Source of the DNA: Eledone cirrhosa
Lineage: Eukaryota
Assembly: GCA_964016885.1 (NCBI GenBank)
Contig: OZ024741.1
Coordinates: 133,052,001 to 133,116,000 of the forward strand
DNA length: 64,000 nt
Reading direction: 5' to 3'
Positions within the stretch are counted from its first letter, which is position 1. Each line of letters opens with the position of its first letter. This document shows, in pieces, positions 25,646 through 40,031 of the stretch. The notes under the pieces were generated by a model. It ran no database searches. It was not told where the DNA came from and saw only the letters and a list, made by a program, of their open reading frames with translations. Both the position numbers and the translations under genes were made by a program.

Positions 25646-26235
25646 ATATGACAACTAAAAGAGGGCTATACCAGCACTGAGCTGATACTTTATCGACCCC
25701 CAAAGAGACCTCAGCAGATACAGAAACCTTTTCAACCATACCTCCTTGAACATCCAGGATGTAACAGCTGGAAAGAAAGAAGGCTACACCAGCACTGGGC
25801 TGGTAGTTTATCGACCCTGAAAGAATGAAACGCAAAGTGGACTTCAGCAGACACCCTTTCAAGCTTCCTTCTCTTAATCCAGCATAACAACCAGGATGTA
25901 ACAAACTTCATCAGCACTAGGCTGGTTCTTTTTTTATCGATCCCAAAAGGATGAAAGGAAAAGTGGCCCTCAGACCACAGTGGGATTTGAACTCAGAATG
26001 ATCCAGAACAAATATTCAACAATCTAATGACACTGCCAAATCAACTACTTTAACAACACTGGCTCCATTCCCTATATATCATATTTAACAGGGAGATTCT
26101 TTACTGTCTCTACCCTTTTCTCTAGGTTGTCTTGTACCACTCTCACAGTCCCTCTAGATCTTATATTTAACGAAGCTATTTTACTATCCCTACCCTTTTC
26201 TCTAGGTTGTCTTGTACCTCTCTCACAGTCCCTCT

Positions 26236-26418
26236 TGGCAGTATCGGTAGAGGGTCGGACGCTATGCTTTCCAGCATAGTTACGTCCCTTTACGATCTGA
26301 GTTCAATTCCCGCCGAGGTTGACTTTGCCTTTCATCCTTACGGGGTCGATAAAATAAAGTACCAGTAATGCACTGGGTAATTGCTGGCCTTGTGCCTAAA
26401 GTAGAAACAATTATTATA
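26236..26418 (+). mobile_element. Well-preserved Nin-like SINE
   Basis: Intact A and B boxes, CpGs retained, nearly identical to 30836-31025. Confidence 0.9.
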
Positions 26419-28569
26419 TAAACATAAAATAGCTATAACAACAGTGGCTCCATTACTATATAATCATACAATAGCTATAAAATGGTTGAACAATTTCATG
26501 AGTTTATATGGAAAGATACCCCTAGTTTGTAAAAGTAATTAGTCTTTACATTATAAACATTTTAGCACAATGGGCCTTTTGATAATAAAGCAAAAAACAT
26601 GTTAATTGTCAAAAACAATAGCATTGCATTTTAGGTTGATATATTGCCTCTGAGGTGGTAAATTGGCAGAGTCATTAGAATATCAGATAGAATGATTCAC
26701 AGTATTTATTTCCGCTCTCTGCACTCTGAGTTCAAATTCAACCACGGTCAACTTTGTCTTTCATATTTTTTAGGTTGATCCTTCCTCTCTTTATATCTAT
26801 CTATCTATCTCGCTCTCTATCTCTGGGAATAATCAGCTGTGCTCAGACCTGCAAAGGGATGTGCTCCTCTAGATATATTACAATGGCACCCCTACAACTC
26901 CATCAGAAGTTCAGAGTCTATGGCACAGCATCACATATCACCTGTATAATGTTATAGGCTACATTATCAACCTGGCATTTCAATTAGGATTGAGAAATAT
27001 TATTGCTATAACTAACATAAGTTGTTTGAAATTATAGAATATTGCTTTAAAATTTTCTCACCATATTTCTAAGAAATGACATTGTCTATAATTTAAAAAA
27101 AATCACCAAGAATTTGGAGACAAAAGCAACTAACTTTCTCATTATTATGTTGGTATTTGGAACATAACTTAATAATGGTTTTCACATAAAATTATGATGT
27201 AAGGTTTTTAGATAAATATAAACACTTTAAAACAAAGTTTTGTATCATAAAACCAGGGGCATTTTCAAGAGGTTTGGTGTCAAAAGCATTAACTATTGTG
27301 AAAAGAAGAACATTTTTTCCATAAAAATTCTTTGAGTAGACTATGAAAAACGAAGATAAATACTCAATTTCATTATCTATCTATCTATCCAACATAAATA
27401 AATACAAGTCCCAAAACGATAAGGCTACAAAGACACTTTTAAGAATTGTTAGCATGAATTAGTTTTCAGTTAAAATGATTAGGTATAGTAATAAAACTAC
27501 TGAATTATTTATTTATATTGCATTTAAAATGGCATTCAATCTTTTTAAAAGTATATATTAAAAAACAAAGAGCTTACTCAGGACTAAGTAAAATGAAATT
27601 ACTTACACAAACCTAAGTATAACGAAATAGCTTACACAGAGCTATGTAAAACAAACTAGAGATAATATTCTTTGACATAAAATAGCCTTAAAGCAGAAAG
27701 ATAACACAAAGCAACAAATATTACTACGGTTGTTAAGATATTACTGCAGTTGTGAAGAAAATAGAAACAATATTAAAATATTTATTTGAAGAAAGTAAAT
27801 TTGGTTTCAGAAAATATCCAACTACAATATCTAGCTAAAAATATACACTGAATTATCAAAACAGTAAAATGAAATAATATATCACTGATAAAAAAAATGA
27901 ACTCATAGAGGAAGAAAGATATGTAGATCTTAAAGACCAATGAAATTACTTGTTGAGAGCAGGGTGGGCTGGGGTAAAACTATGAAAAGGAAAAAGATAA
28001 CTAGTGTAGAAATCTGGAAAAAAGAAGATTAAGATGAAAAATAAATAAGTGAATCAACAAACAGATAAACAAACATCATCATCATCAAACAAATAGAATG
28101 GATACAAACTTGGGAGTAATTGGACAACTATAGCAATGGTTTATATAAAGATGATGAATAGCAGTAAATCTACTCAGAATAGCAATTAAGAATAATTTTG
28201 TAGCCAAAATGTCAATCAATGTCAACTACTTGGATGTATTTAAACTAAACTGCTTCTGCTATACTTATTGACTAGTTTCTATTATACTGCTTTTTTAATG
28301 GGAGAAATACATTAGAGAAAACTAATTTGTTTCAATTAAATACACATCTAATAACTTTCGTACAGAGAAAAATCACACACTTCTAGTATAATTAAGATGT
28401 TCACTAACATTTCCATAAGAAATCAGAAAATACATTTTTTTCTTTGTGAGTATAGCAGGACATGATTATCTGACCAGTCTAGTGTCTCACCCCATGATGA
28501 TCCATCAACACACATCAGCATGGAAAACACACATAAAATGATGATGATGACATCCAAATTTGCCTCACA

Positions 28570-28765
28570 ATTATCAATCAATCATGTTCCTGCAACTGGT
28601 ACAGCCAGTCGTTGGGGTGCCACTCTAGACACTTTGATTGTCAACCATCACCACTGGTCTCTATTCACTGACATGCATAGAAGGGTCTCAGTGCTGTGAC
28701 CAGTCTAATGTTTGATGTTGTCAGACCAGGATTTTCTTTGTCTGCCTCTTCTTCACCCTGGTACA
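28570..28765 (-). mobile_element. 3' end of an RTE-BovB-like LINE
   Basis: Minus strand translates RRGRQRKSWSDNIKH...NRDQW and ends in an (ATTG)n tail. Confidence 0.7.
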
Positions 28766-30835
28766 GGACATAAAGAGTATAAAAGGGGCAGGGGGATGAC
28801 TAAAATACTTTTGATCATAGATCTGCTTAATTATGGCTGAACTGGAGCTAAATAAATAAAAATTCTTCAATCTCAAGATGCTATAATCTGTATATCTATA
28901 GACAAAAAAGGGATATATTTTAATTAATTCTCTCCTTCACATTATCCTACGCCCTTTACATTTGTGCAAAAGTGTTAAAATATTCTTTAACCTTTTTTAG
29001 ATCAAACTCCCTAAAACCATCCATGGTTCTACAATACAAAACTGTTTGTCTTTTAAAGTGTTTATATTTATCTAAAAACCTACAATTATAATTTTATGTA
29101 AGAACCTTTGTTAACTTATGTGCCAAACTCCAGCTCAAAAATAAGAAAGCTAGTGATATTACTAAATCCCACCAAATTCTTGATTATCTGAAAATCATAC
29201 GCTATACAACAAGTGGAAAGATGCTGTGCTGAAAATGACCTGTTGAACCCATGCAAGCATGGAAAAATGTATGTAAATATGATGATGATGTCTTTCATTA
29301 GAAATATAACAAGAGGGTTAATATCACTCGACAACCTGGTGACATTTAACAGCATCAAACAGACAACTGAAGAACACAAAATCCCTAATGCCACATTATT
29401 TTTCAACAGCAGACAGCTAAAGTCATCACATTCCATGCTAAACCTGTTTCTAATAATCTTTCTGATGAGCATGTGTTTTTACAGCATCTACTCTTTAATC
29501 AATTTTTCTCATTCAAGTTCTCCTTACAAATTTAGTATCGAGCAATCCCTATATGTATGTACAGACCGATAACTCCTGATGGAGTGCCATAACGATATAT
29601 GACATGACGTGGGCATTTTTAAAACCTGATGGAGTCTATCCCCTCTTCAGGTCTGAGCAGTCAATTTCTTCTAGAAAAGGTAAAAGAGAGGAAGTGAGAA
29701 AGATGTAGAAAAAGAATTAACTCTAGTACAGGTTGATATTTTTTTTTTTTTTAATTGCCCTTCAAAGGATGAAAGGCAAAGCTGACCTCAGCAGGATTTG
29801 AGTGCAGAGAGCCAGGGCAAATACCTCAAAGCATTCTATCTGACATTCTAACAACTCTGCAAATTGGCTAACTGCAGACCCCATATAACTAGCTTTTACT
29901 CTAAACATTATCACAGTTTAAATATAAAGCTGGTTTCTTTAAAGGCTACCGGTTCTTCTAAACTTACATATTCTATATAATCATCATCCTCATTTTATGC
30001 CTGCTTCTTACCACACCGGCATGGATTGGATGGGTTGTCGTGGTTCAAAAGCCAACAGGTCTGGGTGACCCCATCTCGCTCATAAGTACCATATTATGGT
30101 ATGGTTTCTATGGCTGGATACCCTTACTAACGCTAACCACTTGATAGGGGTACTAGGTGCCTTTTTTGTGACACCAAATTGACACTACAATTTTACATGG
30201 TGTACTGAGGGTGTTTTATCATAGTACGAACACTAGAGAGGTTGTCACATGTTCATCCAGACTGAAGAATCATCTCAAACCCTATATTGCCTACATCTGA
30301 CCACCAATATTGTAACCTCCAGTCTCTAACCATGTTTACTTTTAGTGTCGCAGGGTTTATATTGGTGGATGAGTCTTTTGTATCATGACATTATTTATTT
30401 ATATATTTATATTTATTGCAATATTGTTTTACACAGTTTAGCTTTAGTATATAGGCAGAAACATTTATGTGACATTTATTTGGCTATATAACAACTACAC
30501 TTGCTTTCCTCCCCCTCCCCCACTTCTCTCTCTCTCTCAACAATGTGTCTTATTACATTGATATATAATTTCTTAAAATTTAGCATTTTGACAGATACCT
30601 TTTGAAAAAAGAAATTCTTTTGTTTTAGTCTTTGTGTTGTTATAACCTCATTTAGTAGCTTCTACAACTCACTCATTCTATTCTGTTAAGTGTCCAGTTA
30701 CTATGAAGAATGAGTACCTTCTACAACTCACTCTTTCTATTTTGTTAGTGTCCAGTTACTATGAAGAATGATATGTTTTATTTGTCTATAGAATTGATCT
30801 GTCCAGAAGTCAGGACACTTTATTTCTTTGTTTCA

Positions 30836-31025
30836 GGGCGGTGAATTGGCAGTATCGGTAGAGGGTTGGATGCCATGCTTTCTAGCATAGTTACGTCCCT
30901 TTACAGTCTGAGTTCAAATCCCGCCGAGGTTAACTTTGCCTTTCATCCTTACGGGGTCGATAAAATAAAGTAACAGTAATGTACTGGGTAATTGCTGGCC
31001 TTGTGTCTAAATTAGAAACAATTAT
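30836..31025 (+). mobile_element. Well-preserved Nin-like SINE
   Basis: Complete GGGCGGTGAATTGGCAG head, B-box and core. Confidence 0.9.
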
Positions 31026-31039
31026 TTCTTTGTTTCAAT

Positions 31040-31512
31040 ATTGTTGTTAGTGTTGGCATTGGAGTTGGTGGTAGTGGTGTTGTTGTTGTTGGTGGTGGTA
31101 GTGGTGTTGTTGTTGGTGGTATTGGTGTCATTGTTGCTGTTACAGGCGGTGATGTTGTTCCTGGTGTGGGTATTGGTGCTGTTGGTGTTGTTTCTGGTAT
31201 TGCTGTTGGTAGTGGTGTTGTTGGTGATGCTGTTGATGATGTTAGTATTGCTGCTGGTGGTGGTAGTAGTGCTGTTGCTGTTGTTGTAGGCGTTGCTGTT
31301 GTTGTAGGTGGTGATGTTGTTGCTGTTGGTAGTGGTGTTGTTGGTGTTGCTGTTGATGGTGTTGGTGTATTGCTATTGGTGGTAGTGGTGTCATTGCTAT
31401 TGATGTTGTTAGTGTTGCTGCTGTTGTAGGCAGTGGTGCTGTTGCTGTTGTTTCTGGTGTTGATGGTGTTGGTATTGCTGGTGTTGGTGTATTGCTGTTG
31501 GTGGTGGTGTTG
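31040..31512. repeat. Cryptic (GTT/GGT/GCT)n trinucleotide repeat
   Basis: Low-complexity triplet tract. The ORFs here are artefacts. Confidence 0.9.
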
Positions 31513-31655
31513 ACAGATGAACACAATAACTTTAGACAGCCTTCAGGAGGAAGTTTCACGGAAGTGTAATAAGAACCTAACACTATCTCCTTTTTTGTTT
31601 TATAGTTATCAATGGTGTGTGTATGTGTTTCTTTATGTGTGTACATGTGTTTCTT

Positions 31656-31694
<39 letters not shown>

Positions 31695-32079
31695 CTGTGT
31701 AAGTCACAGTGTGAATGTGTATCTGTCTTTGTGGTGTGTGTGTGTGCACACATGTCTCTGTGTTTGTGTGTGTACTGTTAACATATAACTACTTTGTTCC
31801 TGTATGTGGAATTGAAGTTATTGTTCCATTAAAAAATATAAATCAAAATGAAAAAGAAAATTCCTATTGTACTTCAATTATTATCATTGTTTTCTTTTGT
31901 ACACTAAAGAGATTATTAAAAAGGAAGTTGTGTGTTTACATATATACGTGCGCGTGTGTGTGTGTGTGTGCGTGTGCGTGCGTGTGCGTGTGCGTGTGTG
32001 TGTGTACACACACAGATAGAGAGAGCGAGAGAGAGAAGATGAACGAAGTTTAGAAAGCTACTCCCACTGTTGACAACAT

Positions 32080-32572
32080 AAGGTTTCTCCCTATGTACAA
32101 TTTAGACAACTGTATGATGCCTGTGTGTGAAATGCAACACTGCATGGTAGTGAAATATGGGCAGTGACTGCAGGGGACATGCATAGGCTGGAGAGAAATG
32201 AATCAGTTATGCTTCGTTAGATGTGTAATGTAAATGTGAGAGAAAGGCAGAGCTTTGATGAACTGAGGGGGAAACTTAGTTTAAGAGGAATCTGAAGTGA
32301 TGTGCAAGAGAGAAAACTACATTGGTACAGATGTGTGATGCTTATTGATGATGATCACTGAGTTAAGAAGTGCCAGGAAATCCCTGTGGAAGGAAGCTGC
32401 AGTAGAGATAGGCCAAGGAACACCTGGACAGAGGTGGTGAGAGCTGATCTCAAATCACTGAGACTCACAGAGGAGACGACGAAGACAAATGGAGAGATGC
32501 TATGCTGAAGAGGACCCATCCAACCCATGCAAGCATTGAAAAACCAACATGATGATTATGATGATGATGATA
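32080..32572 (+). mobile_element. Old RTE 3' fragment related to family 1, with a very short 3' UTR
   Basis: Translates LYDACV...LHGSEIWA...HRLERNE...RPRNTW with stops, and ends in a (TGA)n tail. Confidence 0.85.
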
Positions 32573-34289
32573 TATACACATATTGTTTTCCATTACATTT
32601 CATATCTTCTTCATGTTTGTTAATAGTCATTCTATACCATTTGAAGTCATATTTAGAGTTTGCTGCTTTTCTTCTTTTTTTTTTCAAATTTATCAGTTAT
32701 CTCAGAAGTTTATTTATAAACCATTAGTCTGGGAGACTGGGGGTAACCAGAGTAGGATAATGGAATTAATTCTTACCGTCCTGTACCACATGATTCCACA
32801 TTAACATGACATTCTTAAAAATTTTAAAAGAGCACTATGCCTGCACCCCATTAAAAATGTTCAGTCTTTAGTTTGCTCCAAATTTTCACAACAATCTGTC
32901 CAATAGTAAATACAAATTAACAAGCCCCATAAAACTACATTAGCAAGTCATTCTTGAAAAGTACAAATCAACACTATGACTGCATCACATTAAAAATTGA
33001 AGTCTTTACTTTAATACTGGAAATGTTCATAACAATCTATCCACTATTAAATATAATATGAACATCTGAATTAATAAACCACATTAGTAAAACATTTTTG
33101 AAAACTACAAAACAACACTATGACTACATCACATTACAAATTAAATCCTCTAGTCCAATAATGTAAATTTTTACATCAATCTATCTACAAGTAAAGATAC
33201 TATAAACATTTGAATTAACAAACCCATTTTTAGATATATTCTGCTAACTCACTACAGGAAATTAAGAGTTAATAATCATTTTGCATTCTTGATGATTGGA
33301 AGACATGTAGATTGGTAGCAAAGTTGTTGTATAGCTGCAGGACAACTCTGATCAAGCAGACCTATGATCAAAAACTACCATTATCCCATCTTTTTAAATG
33401 TATGTCAAGCAACATTAGAAAGTGTACTGGGTGCAATGGAGAGAGAGAGAGATAGAGAGAGAGAGAAATTGAGGGAGAGAAAAAGCGAGAGCAACACAGA
33501 AAAAAACTGCATGTGAATCAGAGACAGTGTATCAGAGTGTATGTGCATGTGTAAGGGTGTATCTAAGTGTGTGTGTGTGTGTGTGTGTACATGTATATGG
33601 GTGTATCTGTATGTGCATGTGGGAGAGAATGATTTTATGAGTGAATGAGTGCATTTGCACAACAGAGCGAGTTTGTGAGTCAGAGAATGAAATAAAATGA
33701 TATACAGAAAGACAAAGATGGACAGATACTATCAAAATTGCAACAGAATAGAATTAAATTCTCCAAAAGTCTTTGATTATAAAATTAATTTATCAACTTT
33801 TAACGTCCTATACCACATGAAACTGTGTTAGCAAGACATTCTTGAAAACTACAAAACAGCACTAAGACTGCATCACATTAAAAATTAAAGCCTTGCTGTA
33901 AATGTTCACAAAGATGAGTGCAATAGTAAGAATACAATAAACATTTGAATAATTAAGACATTTTCTGCTAAATCATTACAAATTAAGAAACTAAAGCTAG
34001 AAATAAAATTTGTATCAGTTGCAACACAATAGAGACCAATAATTGAAATCAACTTTTTTTTTACTGTTTAGTCAGAGCCTCTAAGACTGGTGAGAAGGAG
34101 GGAAGAAAGTCTATTCAGACTATAGACCTACCCAAAATGTTTGCAACAGAGTGAATTGACTAAAGGTACCCAAGGGTCAGAAGATGGCATTAAAGTAGAT
34201 GACCAATTAAGTCTACCACCCATCATGCAGGGTTTCTCATTTGTTCTTTGAATTCTAGAGCTTTCTGTAACTTAGTCTTACTTAGACTT

Positions 34290-34530
34290 AGAAGCTCCTG
34301 CATCTTGAGATGCATGAGGCAGCCAAAATGGTCCAATGACCACTGTTAGTTGCATCTATCAATACATCGTTCCAACTTTTGGTTTCAGGTCCCTGTTGAT
34401 TGTCTGCTGCCAGTTCATCTTGGAAAATCCTCTTCGCCTCTTTCTATGGGGGTTCCAATATAGGACATGATTAGCATGTCTCTCACTTGGGAGTTGTATG
34501 ACATGTCCCAACCAGCCAAGATAGTCCAAC
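34290..34530 (-). mobile_element. Old RTE C-terminal fragment of another family
   Basis: Minus strand translates WLGHVIQLPSERHANHVLYWNPHRKRRRG..KMNWQQTINRDL. Confidence 0.7.
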
Positions 34531-35084
34531 CCTTTATTGATTGAAGTTCAATAATAGAGAAGCATAGAGAAGTAGTGACCAGTTGCCTGGTCTGGTCAAG
34601 TCAAGGCCAATGATCAGAGTGAACAAATTCTATATGCATTATGCCAGAAAAAAGAAGGGATGGCCACAGCTGGAGCACCTTTTATCATAGGTCTCAATCA
34701 GCACCCACCTGGAGCTAAACTACTACTTCACTATCTCAAGGAAAAAACAAGACCAGCATCATCATCATCATTTATCGTCCATTTCCCACTCTTGCATGGG
34801 TTAGATGGGTTGTCAGGTTATGAGACAAGTCTGATCCAGAGACCATGTCATGCTCATACAGAATTGTATTTTTGGCTTGGTTTCTACAGCTGGATGCCGT
34901 TCCTAATACCAACAATGTTACAGTGTGGACTGGCCGCTTTTTATTATGGCACAGAAACGACCACCTTACAAAGTGAACTGGGCGCTTTTTTTTGTGTGAC
35001 CAACACAACCACCTTCCAGCATATTTGCTAGACATAACAACAACATTGTCCTTAAATCTTACTCTACCATGTTAAAAAGGGAAG

Positions 35085-35441
35085 AAAACATTGGAAAATT
35101 ATCTTGTTTCATCAGGACAATACTTCAGCCCCACAAGCCCTTGGTTTTAATGGTTGCTGTGCATGAATGTGGCTTTGAACTGGTTGATCACCCTCCCTAT
35201 TCTCTTGATTTGGCCGTATCTGACTTATCTATTCCCCAACATGAAAAAAACACTTGGCTAGTAACCAGTATCGCAGTGATGATGATGTCATATCTGCTAT
35301 TGATGACTTTTTTTACCAACAAAATGAAACACTGATAGAAGGTGTGGACAGCAAGGGGGACTATGTTGAAAAATAAATCTCATTTGGTCACATTCTATGA
35401 GAGTATCTTGGTCAGCCTATGAACTTTTCATCCGACCCTCG
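35085..35441 (+). mobile_element. Mariner transposase 3' fragment with right terminal inverted repeat
   Basis: HQDN and FELVDHPPYSLDLAVSD (mariner YSPDLAPxD motif). Ends in GAACTTTTCATCCGACCCTCG. Confidence 0.85.
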
Positions 35442-36225
35442 AGAGTGGACTAGGTACTTGTTATCGTAGTACCAGCACTACCACATTACAACACTAGAGC
35501 ATGTGTCCTTGGACAAGCTGGAATGGCAGAAATAGGAATAGAAGTGTAAGATGTGAGGGGGGAGGAAAGTTACAGGCTACTTACCAAAAGATGGAGTGAT
35601 CCCACAGTGAGAGAGAGCGCAAGCATTGGGTTAAGGTGATGGCCAATATTAATGAAATCATATTTACAATATTAGTGAAATATTTACAAATATAATTTAG
35701 GTTAGCTCTATCTATAAATAGTCATTATGTCACATGCTATAATATCAGAATTTTCAGGTTTTCTCAAGATACAAAAATAATTTTTGAAATCAAATTTATT
35801 GTGGGTTAACCTAGAATTTAACACTGAACACATATTTATGTTTTTGAATCTAGTGAAATGTGCCAAAACCAAGAGAAATGTGCCTAACAGAAAACTACTG
35901 TAATTGCACTAAATGATTTATTTTAGAAATATAAAACATTTTAAGAATTTCAAACAAATTTTTCACAAAAATAAATCAGTTTTAGAATATTTTCAAAATA
36001 TACTACAAAGAATTCTTTTTTTTTAAGTCAGAATAGCTGTGGTATAAAAAAATTCAAAATATGAGAGAAAATACTTCCAACATTTTAGACACAAACAAAA
36101 TAGAACAGAATATCTAACAGTGCTTTACAACGAAGGAAAATAATAAAAATTGATATGAATTTCATAACAAAACGAAACACGAGATACACAATAGTAAGAT
36201 GCAATAAATAATTATACAAAGATAC

Positions 36226-36285
<60 letters not shown>

Positions 36286-36657
36286 ATATATATGAAAATA
36301 ACAAGGTGTGAAAATCAATGATTTTACTGGAAAACAACAGATTAAATTCACAAAATGGTCCTCACTTTGTGCAAGAGTTTAGGTAATATATAGAGACAGA
36401 AACATTTGAATAAAAATGTCTTTTCATTCACAAGGCAAATATAAAATATTTCAAGAAATAAGCATTGACAATTGAGTGGTATGGGAGTTAAAGAATACCA
36501 AAAATAAAATAGAAATCCACAAAAATACAAAATGAAAGAAAGACACAAAATATACACAGACTAAGCACAAGATACAAGAAAATAAACTAGCATGGCCAAT
36601 TAAAAAAATGACTGTGCAAGTAGGACATAACAGAATGGAGGAGGTTATGGAATTCAC

Positions 36658-36819
36658 CTGAAGATGAATTTGTGGCCTTAGTCCGCTGGATAGGAACAAC
36701 AGTTGCCACGAGGTTTCCATAGCGATTGGGTTCTAAATGACGATGAGGAGGAAGAGTAAGGTATGACTGCAAAACTCTGCGTTCCATTGTGGGACTCCAT
36801 CTCCTCCTTGAATAGAGTG
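36658..36819 (-). CDS. Probable host-gene coding exon, product unknown (LYSRRRWSPTMERRVLQSYLTLPPHRHLEPNRYGNLVATVVPIQRTKATNSSS)
   Basis: Acceptor TTTTTCTCTTGTGCAG, donor CAG|GTGAAT, 162 nt (symmetric phase 1-1), open frame, unique sequence with higher GC than its flanks. Confidence 0.6.
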
Positions 36820-37102
36820 CTGCACAAGAGAAAAACATATTTCATCTCCATTGACTTACAATAAATATATATAAATGTTGGCATCATTGTTACTAATAAT
36901 AATATCTGTGCAGTGTTCATGTGAATATCTAGGTGCATGTGTGTGTGTGTGTGTATGTGTGCTTGACTATGTACATTGTGTGCATGTGTGTGCATATCTG
37001 TAAATGTATCTGTCCATGTGTATGTGCTTATTTCAGTGTATATTCTGTGTGTATGCGTGTGCATATGTCTGTTTGTATATGCATGTGTATATGTGTGAGT
37101 TT

Positions 37103-37660
37103 GTCAGTGTATATGTGTGATTCTGTCTGTCAGTGTATATGTGTGATTCTGTCTGTCAGTGTATATGTGTGATTCTGTCTGTCAGTGTATATGTGTGATT
37201 CTGTCTGTCAGTGTATATGTGTGTGATTCTGTCTGTCAGTGTATATGTGTATATGTCTCTCTGTCAGTATATATGTGTGTGATTCTGTCTGTCAGTGTAT
37301 ATGTGTGATTCTGTCTCAGTGTATATGTGTGATTCTGTCTCAGTGTATATGTGTGATTCTGTCTGTCAGTGTATATGCATGTGTATATGTCTCTCTGTCA
37401 GTATATATGTGTGATTCTGTCTGTCAGTGTATATGTGTGAGTCTGTCTGTAAGTGTATATGTGTGATTCTGTCTGTAAGTGTATATGTGTGATTCTGTCT
37501 GTAAGTGTATATGTGTGATTCTGTCTGTAAGTGTATATGTGTGATTCTGTCTGTAAGTGTATATGTGTGATTCTGTCTGTCAGTGTATATGCATGAATCT
37601 GTCTGTCTGTAAGTGTATATGTGTGATTCTGTCTCAGTGTATGTGTGTGATTCTGTCTGT
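37103..37660. repeat. Minisatellite, 26-bp unit GTGTATATGTGTGATTCTGTCTGTCA
   Basis: About 20 tandem units. Confidence 0.95.
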
Positions 37661-39070
37661 GTTTGTATATATATATATATATATATGTGTGTGTATGTCT
37701 GTCTGTGTGTGTGTATATATATACATATATATATATATGTGTGTGTATGTATGTCTGTGTGAATATGCATGTGTTTGTGATTATATGCATGTGTCTGTCT
37801 GCATATATATATGTATGTGTCTGAATATGTATATGTCTGTCCGTGTCCCTTTTCACACAACAATACAATATTCTTGTGATGCTGAAAGCAATGATTTAAT
37901 GACAGGAAATAACGATAAAACAAGAGAATTATTAAGGTTTCTAGTGAAACAAGTATTAGACACAATGGCAAATAGACACATACCAATTAAATTTAAGTGA
38001 AAAAAAGTACTATCTTCAAAAGAACCAAAAGTTACATGAAAATACATTTCCAGCAATAATAACAAATTGAAAAAAAAATCCAAATAATTTACTAATAAAA
38101 GTCATAGTAGCTCAACTTATAATGTTGTTTGACTAACATTTATCAACATAATTTTCTTTATCAATCAGAAAAAAAACATTATGATATACAACAAATAGGT
38201 ATATAAAACTTCAGATATATTGAATGAAAGTTCTTAATAAAACTATCAATTATAATAATACATTGTGTGTTTATATACACATATATATATACATATACAA
38301 TATATATATACATACACACACATATATATATATATATATACATACATACATACACACAAACATATATACATACACACATATATATATACATACACACACA
38401 TATATATACATACATACACATATATATATACATACACACATATATATATATACATACACACATATATATATATACATACACACATATATATATACATATA
38501 CATATATATATATACATACATATATATATATATACATACACATATATATACATACACATATATATATACATACACATACATATATATACATACATACACA
38601 TACATATATACATACATACACACACATATATACATACATACACATATATATACATACATACACATATATATACATACATACACATATATACATACATACA
38701 CACACATATACATACATACACACACATATATATACATACATACACACACATATATATACATACATACACACACATATATACATACATACACACACATATA
38801 TATACATACACACACACATATATATACATACACACACATATATATACATACACACACACATATATACATACACACACATATATATACATACACACACACA
38901 CATATACATACACACACACATATATATATACATACACACATATATATATACATACACACATATATATACATACACACACACACATATACATACACACACA
39001 CATATATACATACACACACACACATATACATACACACACACATATATACATACACACACACACACGTATA

Positions 39071-39142
<72 letters not shown>

Positions 39143-39143
<1 letters not shown>

Positions 39144-39480
39144 GGAGGCACATGGCTTAGTGGTTAGAGCATTGGCCGCGCAATCGAAAGGTTGTGAGTT
39201 CAATTCTCAGACCGGGTGATGTGTTGTTTCCTTGAGCAAGACACTTTATTTCACATTGCTCCAGTTTACTCACCTGTAGAAATGAGATGATAGGGACTGG
39301 GGTCCATATCATTCCACTGCAAAGTGGTTGTGGAGGTGCCACGGCAAAAAAGCACCCAGCACTCACTGTAAATGAGGTTGGTGTTAGGAATGGCATCCAG
39401 CTGTAGAAATCAAGCCAGAATCAGTTCCCGTCCCACCCTTGCAAGCAGGGAAAAAGTGAACGTTAAATGAAATGATGATA
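39143..39480 (+). mobile_element. tRNA-derived SINE with an RTE-type 3' tail
   Basis: A-box TGGCTTAGTGG, B-box GAGTTCAATTC. The 3' part ACTGTAAATG.GGTTGGTGTTAGGAA.GGCATCCAGCTGTAGAAA matches the RTE family 1 3' UTR. Confidence 0.9.
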
Positions 39481-39899
39481 CATACATACATACATACATA
39501 CACATATATACATACATAAATACACATATATACATACATACACATATATACATACATACATACATACACACATATACATACATATATATATACATACATA
39601 CATACACACATATATATATACATACACACACATATATATATATATATATACACACATATGCATACATACATATATATATACATACATACACACACATATA
39701 TATACATACACACACATATATATATATATATACATACACACATATATATATATACATACACACATATATATATATATACATACATACACATATATATATA
39801 TACATACACATATATATATATACATACACATATATATATACACATACACATATATATATACACACATATACATACATATATATATACATACATACACAT

Positions 39900-39950
39900 A
39901 TGATGATGGCTGCCCCCTCGTTATCGAGTATGGCCATTGCACAAGAAAAA

Positions 39951-40031
<81 letters not shown>

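Noticed and set aside
18130-29475. Other CTGATGA hits (about 18134 and 29462)
   Set aside because: No downstream GAAA or closing stems, so they are not hammerheads.
31012-31646. Mucin-like Thr/Pro-rich and poly-Gln ORFs
   Set aside because: Cryptic triplet repeat open in several frames, with no splice or domain support.
37103-37660. CRISPR-like periodicity (also at 2940-3160)
   Set aside because: Tandem units without unique spacers, in a eukaryotic context with no cas genes.
26236-39215. tRNA genes at A-box/B-box motifs
   Set aside because: Each continues into a SINE core and tail, and no complete cloverleaf was seen.
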